From the NCBI GenBank assembly GCA_951406725.2, contig OX597814.1:22320001-22384000 (forward strand): a DNA stretch of 64,000 nucleotides. The letters run 5' to 3'. A program made the translations under genes and the position numbers. The DNA is from Octopus vulgaris. Lineage: Eukaryota. Of the stretch, positions 63,331 through 64,000 are shown one piece after another (the first letter of the stretch is position 1; each line of letters opens with the position of its first letter). Under the pieces are notes generated by a model. That model was given only the letters and a program-made list of their open reading frames with translations, did not search any database and was not told where the DNA came from.

Positions 63331-64000
63331 AATAAGGTAATCTACTTTAAATCATGTTAATCTAGACGAGGCAGCTGTTAAAACAATTCGGAAAAAATAA
63401 TCAATAAGAAAAAAAACCAACAACGACAACAAAAGGTGAAGAAATAAAAGTCCAAATCAGTATAGTTAATGGGGATAATAAATACGATTTATGGCATTTA
63501 TCATTCCCACTTCAGTATAAAATTGTTTAAATTTTGTCCGTGTGATTTTTAATTAGTATCTTTAAGAACATCCCTCAATTTACACGACTTCCATTTACAC
63601 AGTAACTCGCAGAACCTATCGATCAATCTGCAGTGGAAACTGAAGGACCTTACCTACCTACCTACCTACCTACCTACCTAAAAACATACTTACATACATC
63701 CATACACATCCATACATCCATACATACACATACATACATTCATGCATACACACATACAATAAATAGTAAGTTAATAGTGACAACTCGAATTTTTTTCTGT
63801 TAAAAATGGCGCCTTATAGTAGACATAGACTCATATCTATGGTTAAGAAGTTTATTTCGTAACCATCTGGTTTTGAGTTCAGCCTCACAGTGGTTTCTAC
63901 CATAACCTCAGTCCGACCGATGCTGTTTAAGTAAATGTTGTATAGAGAAAGTATGTGGAAGTTCCTAGTTTACACACACACACACGTATGCACACATACA

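Overview
AT-rich, microsatellite-dense eukaryotic DNA made almost entirely of transposable-element debris. The two abundant tRNA-derived SINE families resemble those I recall from octopus genomes; this is an inference, not verified. Most ORF-track entries are microsatellite or TE artefacts. Supported content: (i) two phase-compatible minus-strand exons (22147-22284 and 3566-3621) encoding an N-terminal signal or membrane anchor of an unidentified host gene with a ~18.5 kb intron; (ii) two decayed DD34D mariners, a probable DD37D-type Tc1/mariner remnant and a TA-flanked MITE; (iii) a 5'-truncated but well-preserved R4/Dong-like RT+RLE LINE in a (TAA)n tract, plus other RLE, RTE, Penelope-like (PLE) and Tx1-like remnants; (iv) a structurally complete non-autonomous LTR element (TG..CA LTRs, tRNA-Trp PBS, PPT, 4-bp TSD); (v) two tandem Helitron-like units carrying a LINE-ORF1-like fragment. 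The most interesting signal is a set of hammerhead-ribozyme motifs, mostly in fold-back repeats beside (TA)n tracts and probably from PLE termini. Two have intact canonical cores with very long helix II (14550-14640 +, 52632-52722 -). Others show position-4 changes or 3-8 swapped cores. All folds were derived by eye and none is tested.
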